A DNA stretch of 64,000 nt, from NCBI GenBank assembly GCA_964187785.1, contig OZ076418.1, forward strand, positions 19,964,001-20,028,000, in the 5' to 3' direction. The notes under the pieces were generated by a model, which was given only the letters and a program-made list of their open reading frames with translations, was not told the origin of the DNA and made no database searches. The position numbers and the translations under genes were made by a program. The stretch is from Amphiscolops sp. MND2022 (taxonomy: Eukaryota). This document shows, in pieces, positions 23,301 through 37,350 of this stretch (positions are counted from its first letter, which is position 1; every line of letters begins with the position of its first letter).

Positions 23301-25700
23301 TTCTCAACAGCCAACAATCAACGTCCGGGTATTAACCCCCCATTAAAAACAGCAGAAAAATCAACTCGTTAGTGATTTCTTTAAAACGATTTTCCCTATG
23401 ACATAAGCTCAAATAACTCTTCACACACAACTTCAACAAACTATCTCTACCATAACTGATCTTGACACTACTCCATTGCTCAATAATTCCACAATTCGCT
23501 TTCTTGAACGGATGGAATCTATCAATTCTATCAATGCAAACCTTTCTTCTGAACAAATCAATAATTCTCCCGAACAACAATCGGAGCAACAACCTGACAA
23601 TCCAATTCCAAAAGAAATAAAACACCTCCAAAAACGTCGCTTATCGATCAATCGCGTAGAACACCGAGGCCGCCAAAAACGTAATATGAAATTAGGAAAG
23701 ACCCTGCGTTTTTTTCATCTCCAATATATCCTCCAATCCCACCTACAAAACCTTCACTTTCTACAACAGGAAATGACCATCACATACTAACACTCTCTCC
23801 ATCACTTTTAAACCACAGCGCACTTCTATTTATTTGCATCCTACTGACTACACTTTCAAATTCTATGATAAAAACCAAGACTTCTTCACTTCTATTGCAT
23901 CATACATTATGCCTCCATACCAATTATGGCTAGATAATAGCGTAAAACTCTTCTCTTTGCAATTCAACTTTCTTTGCCCTTCGATATATGATGTGAAAAC
24001 AGATGAAGATGATCCATCATTCCTCTCTATTGCACAAAATACTACCCATCGCATACACTGAAGTTTAAAAACAACTACCGCAAAAGTATATCTTCATAAA
24101 CTACAAATATACTTCACTTTTCACAATTACCAATCTCTATAACTTAGATCACGCTCGTATTACGGGATATCACGCTTTTCGAATTTATGTTGGTATCAAA
24201 TAATACATTTGCATTCTTCCTCTGAGTGACAAACCTCGTCCACTTATAGTACCTCAAGAATACTTCATTCATTTTGATCATTTCTTGTTGTCCTGCAACA
24301 TTCCAACACAAATCGTAAAACCTCTCATAGTAATCAAACATCTTGTCTCTCTGCCTTTAGATGATAAAGACACCTCCTATTATACAGCACTTTCAAATTA
24401 TTTTCATTCATACAAGGAACTTCCCTTCATTTCTGCCGAAGTTTTTCTTTCATTGTCAAAGCAGAAAGTACATCAGAACACCAACCACATGTGGAACGAC
24501 AAAAGTCGCCGACGCGTACTTCTCATACTACTTCTGACAAACTTTCCACCATGTTGAACACTATAGCTCTTTGTGATGTTACTCAAATGTTAAAAACAAA
24601 TAAACGAAGTACTTCTGACACTTTTCTCAGACCTCTTACCCATATCATCGAATGCTTCGACAGAACACACAAACTCTTTCAAATACTCGATCTAAACTCA
24701 CAACGTGTCACACAATCATTACAATCAATACAATCCGCTTTAGAAACTTTGACTACTATTTTTAATTTATCTGATCTTCAATAAACAACCCTACAGGTAA
24801 TACAAATTTCTGTAATTTGCGGTACAACTGGTCACTTCACTACATTTGGCATCCTAAATTCAGGTAACATCCTTACAAAGTTTTCTTAGGTATGCTAAAT
24901 TTCTACTCTGACTTTTTAATGCATGGTTTTCTACATTTCCACCTTAACTCTTAAAACATGTTTCGGAACATTTTCCCTTGAACTATGAAATTAAATCTAT
25001 CATACAAACTAGCATCCACGAAAAATAACAATATAGCTCAAAAAAACTCTATAAATATGAAATTGGCTTTGGATTTCATATTCTATTCATTTTAGAAACT
25101 TCTATTCTTTAATTCCATGGCTCTCTACGTCATCTTCTGGATTCTACCAGGATTTTTTGCAAAACTCTCTGCTCTCGGCCACAATGGCTCCAACTCCTAA
25201 AAATAAAATAACCCTTTCCAGCAACAGTTAAAGGGATGTCATCTTCCACACTATGGCTTTCAAACTTTAACTAAAGACTAACAACAATCAAATCACTCCT
25301 CCTACTCGAAAATCATTTTTCAAAGCTATGTACAACGTCTGTGATATAGCAAAAACCCAGGAGTTTCTCTTTATCTTATCGCCTTCATGTAGAAGGCCCA
25401 AAAATGCTCATTGCGAAACTGTTTCAAACAAGGTCGCCATACTTGATTCCTCTTTCACCCACGAATACAAATATTTTCAAGCTGCCCTACAAGAAGCAAC
25501 CGAAATTTAATTGCATTCCTTCTAGACTTCGGTTATCGTAGAAAATTAGAGCAGTGTGATCCAATGCTCCACCCTACATAACCGCTCCAGAAATCAAAAC
25601 ATCCTTTTTACAAGATTATCCTGACCATTTCACTGATGACTTGTCTTCTTCTTCATGACTTCACTGATGACTTCAGTGCTTCCCAATGCTGACTTCATTA
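20350..25700 (+). other. Decayed multi-ORF tract of unidentified family (probably an accessory region of a large LTR retrotransposon)
   Basis: Many 60-100-aa plus-strand fragments with strong strand bias. Includes an RIACIGDSML motif (22196), a heptad-like segment (~24680-24780) and a hydrophobic stretch (~25065-25130). No RT or integrase motif seen. Confidence 0.35.
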
Positions 25701-25745
25701 CTTCTACACGATGACTTCACTGCTTCTTCTCGACGACTTCACCTC
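25630..25745. repeat. Degenerate GATGACTTCACTG short repeats
   Basis: About five imperfect copies visible. Confidence 0.7.
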
Positions 25746-27814
25746 CAAGCCACGGTTTCTCTGCTTCCCCGTACTCTCATTCCGTTGTATAATCCATTCG
25801 CAACGTCTCTTCACTGTTTCGTTGGCCAACTTTCACTACACACGTTATTTCTGCAGTCTTTCAAACTTTTGGAACTTTAAACCTATTTATTTCAGAATGT
25901 AGCATGACCTTATTTTGAAATATAATCTGTAATTTGTTTAGTTTAGATCACTGTGTCAATCTTGTATAACATTGTAATCTTCTATCATTGTTTTTATTTC
26001 AATATTCTTGTTTAATCTTATAATCTTATTAAAATATTTTTCACTGCTAACCTTGTATTCTTTAGAATTTGTAGTGCATAGTACAAAATTTAAGTGCATG
26101 ATCATACCAAATAACTACTCTTATACTCCAATATATCAATACTCATCTTTCTTTTTATTGTACAAGAGACCTACCTTCTCTTTTTCTCATGTTTGAAACG
26201 TTTTTCAACGTCCTCTTTTGCTCTTCACTTTGATTGAAATTAAAATGCAATCGAGACTTGCTCCAAAATGCCTTCTTCAGACTTTGTTCACTACCCGCAA
26301 ATGTTTGTTCATAACACATTGGGACCTTATTTTCATCATACTTCTTCTGCTCCACAAAAAATTTCAGTTTTGAATGCTCATGTTGAAGAACATACAACTT
26401 ATTTCAAGGCTGATTAGCAGACACTTGATAAAAGATACATGTTTCATGTTTTTGAAACTCGAATAGAATAGAATATAGCAAAATGTCAAACAATAACTGA
26501 ACAAAACTGTCAGTCAAACTATTACTCTGACCTCTAGGAAACTTTGAACCAATGAAACCCGAATATAAGAAGTTAAAACCGACATTGGTTGTTCTCACTC
26601 CTTAAGTGCAGTACTTTCCTCGAATTCACCTTGTGGAATAAGTATAATCATTCAATACCTACGTCTCGATTTGAAACAAAAAAAACTTTTGAAACTAACC
26701 CTCATTAAAGTGCAGATATATAACTTCACTTTTTTAAAATTCCCGGTTGATTGTGATGCCATGATGCATGACCTCAAGTTTTTTCACTATCTTTAACTTT
26801 GCTCAGACTTTTTGACAGATGGTTTCACACATGACACTCCATTTAGAGATTCAGTATTAAGATGCAGACATTTTGTAATATTTTCATTAAAATAGTATTC
26901 TTATAGTATTCGATTTGAAATTCTTTGAATTATATTTAATCTAAGTAATCATTGATGTAATTACTGTAACTGTATAATGAGAGAAACTAGAATCTTGCAT
27001 TCTGATAAGTCTTCTCTCATAGACGAGAAAGAAGAAACTTACTGGGGTCTCAGACCTTGAAAATTCTAACTAGTTACTTAGGACAGTTTGACCTAAAACT
27101 TAAAACCTTCTTATGCATACCTTGGAAGAACTTGAAGATAACATCACCCTTTTTAAGGAGCACAATATTTTCTACTAGTTTACCCATGAAAGCTTTCAAA
27201 ATGCACCACCGCGTGTGATTCAATCACGCCTTCATCTGCTTTCTAGTACCAGCCACGACTCACAGCCACGCGGGTCAGCTACTGGGCTTAAGTGGAAATA
27301 CAAGTACCAACGTTTTGACAAAATCTGTGGGAAATGTGTTTTTTTTTTAAATACCACTCTAAAACAAAGGCTTTTCGTTTTTTTTAATCAAAGGGAAAAA
27401 TAAAAAATGAACGCAATCTACTCATTTACACAAACCCTATCAATTTTTTTATTTAGGTCGCTTTTCGAACCAATGAGTAACACAAAATTCAGGTTGGTGA
27501 AGTTTCAAATAATTTGCTTCATCGCTTTCAAACCGAGAAAGAACGGTAGCTTACCTTACACAAATTGGATATGGAGTGTGAAAAATTAGATCATAGATTC
27601 ATACTCTATCACTTCAATCGAAAACATCCTCCAGTAAACTGCAACCGCATCGCTGAGTAATTTACATCTTTATCCTAAATTATTGGACAAATTGTTTATT
27701 CAACACAAGCTGACGGTGAATGGTATAAAAGCATTTTGAATCAGATGAAATGGTGTTTCTTTTCAAAAATCAACGATTAGCTCAGTTACAATAGCAACCC
27801 ATGTTGAGCACTCC

Positions 27815-28585
27815 CTGCGAATCTGTACAGATCTGCACAGATCCTGACAGATATTCCAGGATTGTTCGCAAATTGAATAGTCATAAATTCAGTTTTCGAA
27901 AAAGAATTTATTTGGTTAAAAAGTGCTCTGCGAAAAAAACACGCCTCTTATTTGAAGTTTTAAAAAAGTTTCTGTGCGAATCTGTACAGATCTGTACAGA
28001 TCCTTGCAGATATTCCAGGATTTGTTAAAAATTAACCATACCAATAAATTACTATAACGTATTCCGAGTTTCCAGCAATTACTAAAACCACTCCAGCAAA
28101 CCATGTTCCCGAAATATTACAACCACAGCACTCTATCAACACATCTACCAACCCAGAAGGTTGTCACATGTCTAATTTCTTTCGTCAAAACGAAGTCAAT
28201 ATGGCAAACGAGCCTCTCAAAGTTGAAAAACCACTTCTGGAAAGTTCAAGTGAAATGGATAAATTACAGTGTATCACCAACACCGAACATTACCCAGACA
28301 CCAAAATTACCGTGATGGGGACAAAATTTCCTGTTCAAGAATTTTGAGTGATGGAGAATTTCGCCTGACTGAGCCTTGGTCAGCAAAAATATCTACCGAA
28401 GAAGCTAAAAAATGAAATGCATAGTTTCACTAGAAGGTCCGGAAAAAATTTTCCTGAGAAATCTGTACAGAAAATCTTTGAGCATCTGTAAAGATCCTTG
28501 CAGATCTGCAGTTGTCCTTACGTAGCAGTGGCACGATCTTTACAGATCCTCAAGGAAAATTGGCTCACAGATCTTTACAGATTCT
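27815..28585. repeat. Repeat with clustered ACAGATCT/TGTACAGATC subrepeats (MITE-like), truncated by the gap
   Basis: Clusters at ~27830-27860, ~27975-28020 and ~28460-28585. Confidence 0.55.
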
Positions 28586-28785
28586 NNNNNNNNNNNNNNN
28601 NNNNNNNNNNNNNNNNNNNNNNNNNNNNNNNNNNNNNNNNNNNNNNNNNNNNNNNNNNNNNNNNNNNNNNNNNNNNNNNNNNNNNNNNNNNNNNNNNNNN
28701 NNNNNNNNNNNNNNNNNNNNNNNNNNNNNNNNNNNNNNNNNNNNNNNNNNNNNNNNNNNNNNNNNNNNNNNNNNNNNNNNNNNNN
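28586..28785. other. Assembly gap (200 N)
   Basis: Exactly 200 N; a fixed size suggests a scaffolding join of unknown true length. Confidence 0.99.
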
Positions 28786-29834
28786 ATACATTTTTTTCAG
28801 TTGTCATGATTTGATTTTCAGTTGCTTGACACAATCGGAACGAATCACAAAATTGACCATATTTGCAAGTACATACGCAGTAGAACCAATCAACGTTATT
28901 TCTGATATAGGTTTCGTTACTGTTCAAGCACATAAGTATTTGGATACGTCGTATGGATCGCCCAATCGAAATTTGGTTAGAGGTGATTTCAACCAGTTTT
29001 TAAAAATACTAATATAGTAGATTAGGATCAAAAAGTTGCAAACGTCTCAAATTTGAACACTTATAATAGGTTTGTTGACAGTTATCATTTTGCAGGTTTT
29101 ACTGTCGTTTGTTTGACATTCAATTTTGATATTTGCCTTATAATGCTTATTCTATTAGCGCTACTGTAGAGAGGCAAAACTTTTTCGGTTGATGTTTCAG
29201 AAAAGAACAAAACCAAGATGGCAGTGCACTTTGGGCGATTTGACGAAGGACATTATAAAAAGTTACGGAAACTATATGGTCATGGGTTCATGCATAATAA
29301 GTAAGTACAACTATCATAATTTCAACCCTAATTTCAATGAGCAGTATTTTCAATGAAAGTGGAGTGTTGTGTAAAAGATCTATGTTTAAGTGTTATATCC
29401 ACACTCTTTGACAGCCAACTCCAACGTTTTCTAGCGTCGAACGAAATCAGTAACAAGAAGTATAATCCAATATGGTATTGGTCAGTGTCCGAATTTTGAT
29501 GCGGCCTAATGTCATTAAAATTTGAAAGTCATCGAATTCAAGTATAAAAATATGTAAGACCCAACGCATGTCATCTACATATTGATGAAAAACTTGACCG
29601 TTAGCAATTGAAGCGGTTCAGCAAAAGACCACCCGTCATCCAAACTATTTTTTCATTTTGGCTCCTATAGAGTCATTGTGGTCTTTTTGCTGAGAAATAG
29701 CGTAATTGCTTCAACTTGGTTTTTGACTGAGAAAGCGTTAGAATTTGAAAAATGGGAAAGTTTTGATAAAATGCGTTGTGATAAACGCAAACAAACTGGA
29801 AACGTCATAAGTCGGCGCACATTGTTTATCAATA

Positions 29835-29956
29835 ATTATATGTTTATGTAATCTAATATTAACTTTTTCGCAGTCTTCTGATGTGTTTACAAATCACTTA
29901 AATCATTGTTTGTGCCGAAAAAGAACCGTTTGGATTTGTACTAGTATGTGAAAGTA
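29835..29956 (+). repeat. Dispersed ~120-bp repeat, second copy at ~37772-37893
   Basis: TGTTTATGTAATCTAAT...ACAAATCAYTTAAATCAT...AAAAGAACCGYTTGGATTTGTAC present at both sites, roughly 80% identical by eye. Confidence 0.75.
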
Positions 29957-32197
29957 TATTGATAGTCACCGTTAAAAATCGCCTTAAACAAAATCTTGTA
30001 ACGATAGGCAGCTGACGTACAAAATCTCGTTGAACACTTTAAAATGTGCGTTATCACCAATTGTACAAAATCAAAATGGTCTACCTAGCAAGTACCGAAA
30101 ATCAAAAAGGAACACGAAAAAAGGGCAAACTACCCCCATCCCATCCCCGATTGCGAAGAAGAGTGCAAAGTAGAACCCTAGAAGAAAGAGAAGATAGAAC
30201 TCCCAGTGTTGTGCCGTCTCATCCAAGAAAATGTCTTGGATTACCCGAAAAAAAAGGTAAAACCCGTCGATGGTTTATCCCAGAAATACTGAAAACTTCA
30301 TGGGAGTGCCGGGCGTGCTAATTCCAGTTAATTTCATTATCAATGATGTTATTTAGCAGATTTGTGATGATAGTGAATCTAGCAGATCCCTATTTTTTTC
30401 ATTTTAATATCTTGTTCTGCAAATATAATGTACTTTAACTAAGCACCATTTTTGGACCTCGGATGTATTTAGGAACACGGAGGAATCTTAGGGAATGCTT
30501 TTACATGCATCCGCACTTTGAGTGTGCCGGCATGTCGCCTCAGAGCTCTTATTTGAGATGTCTCCCTAGACGTATGAAGGTCTCTTAGGAGCCCTTTTGC
30601 GATGAAAAACTAAGGTCTAGGATTGCTATAAGACTATGACCTCCTGTCCGGGCAACCTAAGCATTCTGCCAGTTCTAAGAAGTTCGCTGCTAGCTGAACG
30701 GTACATCTGGAAGTGTTTCTTCTTCCAAAACGAGTCTTGCATCTACCTCAAAAAAGTAATTCTTTCATGGTTGCCATTAAGAGGCCCAGATTTTCTGGTT
30801 TTGAACTGCTAAACGTCCTTTTCCAAAGAATAACTTTTGAGAAAGTTATCGACAAAAAATTGTTAATTATCCCTCAGATCTAAATCCATTGGACGCGATG
30901 GAAGGCCCACGAAAGTGAACCCATTTAGCATGTGGGGACCGTGTTTCCTGGGAATCCTACCATACCAAAACCCAATATCAACGGGGACGACTTCAATTGA
31001 CCCCGGTTGACTAGACTTGACTTGCAGTGACTTGGAGCAGTTTAATGTGACCTGACCTGACCTGAATCGACATGGGATGCAAAAAACTTTTTATGCAGTT
31101 TCGGATGAAGACAACCCGAACATCAACAAAAACATCCGAAGTTCAGCCCGCGAATAAAGTCAATTTGTAAGTCAGGGAATAAAGAAACTTTTGTTGGCAT
31201 TAAACACTGAAAGCATTCATTCATCGTATGTCAGCTACCTAATTACTGTTTTTAGTGCTTCTTTGATGTGAGGGCGCTACCTAATTAAGATATCAAGACT
31301 TGTAAAAGTTTAATAGCCAAAAAAACTCGCCTGAAAAACAGTGAAAAAAAACGTTAATGCCTGAAAACACTCAATATTCCGAAAATTGATTGCTAGTTAT
31401 TAGCATAATGCTATTGAAACGTTAACCCCCAAATACAAGGTGACCGGAAAGAAACTGTATTCTCAATACCAGGCCTAAGCTTGAATGAGAATGCAAAAAA
31501 TCCAAAAAATCAGGCCAAATCTTGATTCAAAAAGATTTCCAAGAAAAAAAAGGCCTGCTAATCTGGCATGACGTCATATTAGCATTTTCAAGCATAAGAG
31601 TACTTTTTGTTGCGCTCTTTCAATTCGAGCTTTGATTGATATCTTGAAATTCTATAGAGACAGAATCAGTGCTCTAAAGTACTGTCAACGTGATTGAACA
31701 CTTGACCTTTTGCTTAACTAGAGAGAACCGAAATTATAGTTTTTAACATTGAAAAAGACATTATTTCTTTGCGAAAGCCAAAACAGTTCAGACTGTTTGC
31801 AAATTATGGAGGCCGTACGCCAGAGTCCCGATCTAGAATTGAAACATTTGAACTTGGTATTGAAAATGAAAACAATTTATTCCTCCTTACCTGTCTGTGG
31901 CCGTGCTAAAGGCCCGTCCAAGCGCGCCCGAAAAGCAGTAAATATGCTTTTGTTGCTACTGACAAAAACCCTCGACTTCTTTCTGTGTTGTAGTTTTATC
32001 CGGTCTTAACTGACCGGTTGAGGGTACAACTACCTTCGTTTTTCTTTTAAAAGCTGCATCCGAGCTTAACTGCTCGGTTGATGCGCAAAAGTAACTCCAA
32101 TGAATCAGTTGCCCTTTTTACCGCCAAGCACGCACCCACTCGAATTTGCACTCAACTACTGTTTGTCCCCCTGAACCCATACAACAAACACTCAAAA

Positions 32198-35100
32198 ATG
32201 AGCGACAGTAAACACAAAAAGGTGCAAAAAATTTCACGTAAGCTGATTAAATGCTGAAAAGGAATCAATTTGACAACAAAAAAAAAGATTGTAGATGCTC
32301 TATCGAATGGGACCGGCGTGTACAAAAAGAACGTTTGATCAAGGCGGCAGTGAAAACCATGGCAAAAACATTATAAACAACGAACAGCTCTCGACGTTGG
32401 CTTCAAAATTGCAGAGGCTGTCAAAGCCAAGTTCGAACAATGGCTTCACGATGTAATCCCCGAGAATTTATCCCTACTTGTTCTAAATCTGATCTGAAGT
32501 CCCAGACGGTACCAAGCACAAAAAGTCTTTCAAAATTTGTTGACTGCCAATTAATCGAGAACCTCCAGTCAACGACAAAAGGAACGGCTTATTACAACTC
32601 ATCGCCGTGAAGAGCTTTACTGACAGAATAAAAGTTCTCTTCTATTTGCGAGCAAAAACAATTTCTTGAACTGGAGGAAGAAACTTGATCAAGTGTGAGA
32701 CCAACTAGAGCAAGAACAAGCGATCAAATTGCTAGGACTGTGAGACGAAAACACGCACAAGTTTGCTGAGGCCAAACTCATAGAATTGGAATTGTCTGAA
32801 GACGTAACTACCGATCTAATTAACTCAACCGTGAGACCAAACAGTACACTGTTTTCACTTTAGAAGAATAACCGGTTACTTTTCGCGTATATACTACATC
32901 CACCACCTATAACGTAACTCCCACTAGTTAAGGACCACAAGCTCTAACTAATTAATCAAAAGTTCCGGCAGCAACTACACCGCCTGACATGCCGCGGGTT
33001 CACATACCAGCGAGCCAGGTGATACTTACCATTCCGGTACCTTATATGGACATCTCGCGACCAAGTGGTAGATAAATGACGACAACAACAGCTACAATGG
33101 TACTCAATGTGACTACCACTGCGATTTTCTCTCGCGTTGTTCCTATTTAAAATGGAGGAACAACATTTTGTTGCAACCCACAATCAAATACAAATCCAAC
33201 AACCGCGCAACCTTTCCGGTAAACAATTCCTCACCGGCTAACTCGAGCCATCATTCATTTCCGCTAGTCACACCATCAACGCCTCCACGAACGATTCCGG
33301 CCGTCAGTGTCAACGACTTGGCGCAAAGTTTGACCGCTGCCAGAGTGGAAGTGGCCCAGTATAACGCGGATCCTTTGCAGTGGCATGAGTGGATCGGCCC
33401 GTTCAGAAGTGCCATTGACGGTGCACCACTCTTGAACTATGTTTAGTTGACTTACTTGAAAACAGTCGTTTCGGAAAAAGCGAAAACAGCTATTGTGGTG
33501 TTTGCTTACTGCGGAACGATGTACCTAGACGCCTGGAAAACACTGGAACGTTAGTTTGAGCAGCCTCGTGCCGTTCTTCGAGCTTACCTAGACAAACTCT
33601 GCAGTTTTCTTCCCTTTAAAATACATGGTCCATGAATGCTGTGAAACAAAATTTTAATTTCAACGAATGGTTGAACGACATGGCTAATACCCACTGGCGG
33701 ATGAAATTGTCTTCAGGAAATACAAAGTCCGATGAGAGCCCTATCACAGTAACAAATTTGAAAACCGGTACCATGAGTTTTGCATCCGCTACATCAAGTG
33801 GAACCAAAAGTCAACGGACCAAACGTCCACTCCAAAGTGAACACAAACCAAATGTGTTGTATGCCAAGGTCCCTCCTTTATGACGCTGTCGTGTTTTCCT
33901 TACCAAGTTTCCTACCGAAGGCGCAAAGATTGTTTCCGATAACACACTTTGTTTCTCTTGCTTGACGGAAAACTACTCCTTTCGACAATGTACTGCACAA
34001 CGGAATAGCTGCGTGGATGGATGTTCTAGCTCCAATAACACTCTCATACACTAAGCGGATCTAGTTTTTCCTGCCAAAGCGACAAAGACCGACAAGTAAC
34101 AAAAACAACTGGATTGCAGAGCTTGAATGTTACAGAAAATATGCTGCAGAAGCTTCGGGAATTTTCTCTGTGACTGACGTGATATGGCTACTGCAGATCG
34201 CAGAATAGGAAGTGCAAAGAGTTGCTAGTACCCACAAAGTTTTGGCTTTATGTGTATCGGCTTGTAGTCATTCCTGGGTTTCAGAAAAGCTGATAGCATC
34301 ACCAATTAAACTGACTGTCCCTGGAATCAACTTACAACAAGTGATTGACACTCAAATTTTTGATTTGTTGAACTCAAGGTGACGCCTGTTCATTCTGGTG
34401 GCTCTTGTTGCACTTTTGAGGTCAAGCCGTACGTGAGCAAGACATTTCATGTTCGGAACGACTTAAACGATGTCGACAAGTTGAAGACGCAGTACCTTCA
34501 ATTGGACGCCATTGCTCTCAGAAAATATAGTTTTGGGGACATCGAAATGATCTTGGGTCAAGACGTCTTCCACTTAACCCGCCCTCTAAAGTATTTTGAT
34601 TCCAGTCAAAAAAATGCCCCAAGCGTTGCCCGACTACTGTTTATTTAGGGTCTAAGTGAGCCACTGTGTTTGACAGGGGATGCAAAATTATCAACAATTC
34701 CTGAAACCATGAAGAATGCGGATATAAGGTTGGTATAATATCGGCGAATGATGAAAGCAGTCTTCCTAAATATTAACTTCTCAGCTTTGGTCCAGTTAAA
34801 ATCCCTTGAGCGCCGATTTGAGCAAACTGAACTCAACGTTAGCTTTTCTCAGACTATCAAAATGGATTTCGACAAAGGTTGCATCATCAAAGTTACAAAA
34901 TCGGAGTTCTTCTAAGTCGACAGTTTTCCACCCTGATAAACCGGGAAACGTACGTCGAGTACTTAATTCTGCCGCTAAAATCCAAAGTTGCTCCAATCAG
35001 CAACGCTCTTTTGACCGGACCTGATTTGATTCCGACTTTAGTTGGTGTTCTCACGAAAATCCACCAATACAGTCGTGCTGTTTCCGCTGGTATCAACAAC

Positions 35101-37350
35101 ATGTTTTTACAAGTTGGCGTGATCCCCAGAGACAAACCATTTCTTCGCTTTCTGTTGCGGGAAGACACCGCAGCTGACGTTGCTGTGTATCAAATTGTAC
35201 GCTATTTCCTTCAGGCCAAAGATTCGCCAACTTGCCCTAAATATGCGCTTCGAGGATCAGCTACCGACAACGGGAGTGAGCTTCCAGAATCGTTGTCCAG
35301 TGTGTTGAACAATTTCAACATAGATGAATCTTTGGAGTCTTGCACAACATTTGAGGAACTAACTGAAAAAAGTCTCGTAAAGTTGCGTGGGTGGCACAAA
35401 AATTGTCAGCAATGTCCCAAGTTTATTGCCTTAACTCACCCTAGAAGCTAAACCAACTGACAGTGGCATGGAATCAGTCACCGCAGAAGGAATAGTACAG
35501 GGCAATACGTAGACTGTAAACAAACGCAGAGAGTTGTGCTGAGTTTTGTATCAGCTGTTCTCGACCCGATTGGACTTGTTGCGCCGCACAACCTCAAAGT
35601 CTGTCTGTTTTTGAAGGACAAATGTCGATATAGTGAGCAACGTTGGGGGTGACATCCCAACAGATAATGCAAACAAGTTCCTTGAATGAAGCGAAAAACT
35701 GCCTATCTTGAGCCAGTTGACCGTACAGAGGAGCCATTTCAAAAACACCGTCGAAACAGTAGAACAACAGATAATTGGTGACAGTTCCCAAGATGTCTTC
35801 TCAGCTGGTGCTTTCCTCGGGGAAAAACGTGGTGCAACGAATCTCACAGCCATACAGAGCTAGAATTTGGGTTTGGGAAAGCTCTTATAGAACCGATATA
35901 GTCGTTCACTATTCCAAAACTTCGTTCGCCTTTGACAGCTCGCCTTTGACAGAAATAGCTAAGGTTCTCACAATGCGTATTGACAGAGTCATCTTGTGTA
36001 CCGACAGCACTACAGTACTCCAGTGATTCAAAAGCAACCAGATTTTGTAGCAAATCGAGAAGCGGAGATTTTAGAGTCGACAGCCCTAGATGGTTGCCAT
36101 CATGTCCAATTTTAAGACAACCCTGTAGATGGTGGAACCTTCCCGCCACTGGACTCTTGAAGAGCACTTGGAACAGAGTCATAAGTCTCTAAAACTCAAG
36201 AATGGACATTTAGGAATCCGAAAAAAAACACGTATCGAATTAACCTGACTGAAACAAGACCATTGCAGAATCGAGAAGCCAAGAAAGAGAAGAAAACAGA
36301 AGCATTCAAGGTCAATGTCACTGTGACTGCAACAATTTTTGAGTCTCAACTCTTACGAGTATATGAGTGGCATCGTGGCGTACATCTTGCGTGTTTTGCC
36401 GTTGTTCTATTTTGATCAGACTGACACTGCTAGCATTACTAGTCCATATGAACTTGTTTTTAGCCTAACACAGACTTTTCTCTGTATCAATCTTCGAAAT
36501 TAGGAACATATTCAACACGGGTCGGATCCAGAAAGTCTCCTCGATTTCAAACTTTTCCCTTTTTGTAGGCCCAATCAATCTTCTAAGGGCCACAGGTCGA
36601 ACGAAACGACCAGAAGTGTTGTCATTCGAAATGAAGAATCCCATTCGTTTGGATAGTCGCCAACCTTGCGTTCGTCCACTCCTCGAGCACCTTCACAAAA
36701 AGTACTGCCATCAAGGCGTTGAATTTTTACTAGCCTTGGTTCAACAAAAGTTTGCCATTCTTCGATTCAGAGAATCATTGAGATCTACGCAGTCGAAGGG
36801 CATCGTTTGTCGAAAACGTAGAGCAGAACCGCTAACGCGAATGATGGCAGATACACGGCTTCGAAGACAAGCATTCCGCTCACATACTTTCATTAACACT
36901 CCATTGTATTACTTCGGGCCATTTTATAAATCTGAGTCAGATAAACGTTCATCTGAGATACTATGGGTTTTTTTTACTTGCTTACCTTGTTATATTGTCC
37001 GATAGTGAGACAAACTTCATAGCAAATGAAGAAAAACTCACATTAAGTGGAAATTCAACCAGGAGGTGTGTGGGAACGCTTGGTAGGAAGCTTCAAACAC
37101 ACGTTCTATGCTATTATTGGAAACCGAAGTCTTACTGACGAAATATTAGCGACCCCGTTCTGTCTTGTTGAACAAAGCCTCAATGCACCTCTGCTCGTAC
37201 CCACCAGATCAAACGCGACCTATTTGAATGCTTTAACCCCAAATCATTCTTGTTGGGAAGCGTTAGTTCTGTTTTACCGTCGCACGAATGAGCAGATGTC
37301 GGTCTCCACCAAAATATGCTCGTGTGCGCAGGCAAATTCCGATGCCGTTT
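32198..37350 (+). mobile_element. BEL/Pao LTR retrotransposon gag-pol, decayed; LTRs not identified
   Basis: DUF1759-type gag (DPLQWHEWIGPFRSAID..YLKT), Cys/His knuckle remnants, RT (LTGPDL...MFLQV..LRFL.RED...KDSPTC.YAL), RNase H and integrase fragments (GGVWERLVGSFKH). Confidence 0.88.

Noticed and set aside
25898-26600. LTR beginning TGTAGCATG
   Set aside because: No PPT, second copy or TSD to support it.
28498-28933. ORFs spanning the N run
   Set aside because: Artefacts of translating a 200-N gap.
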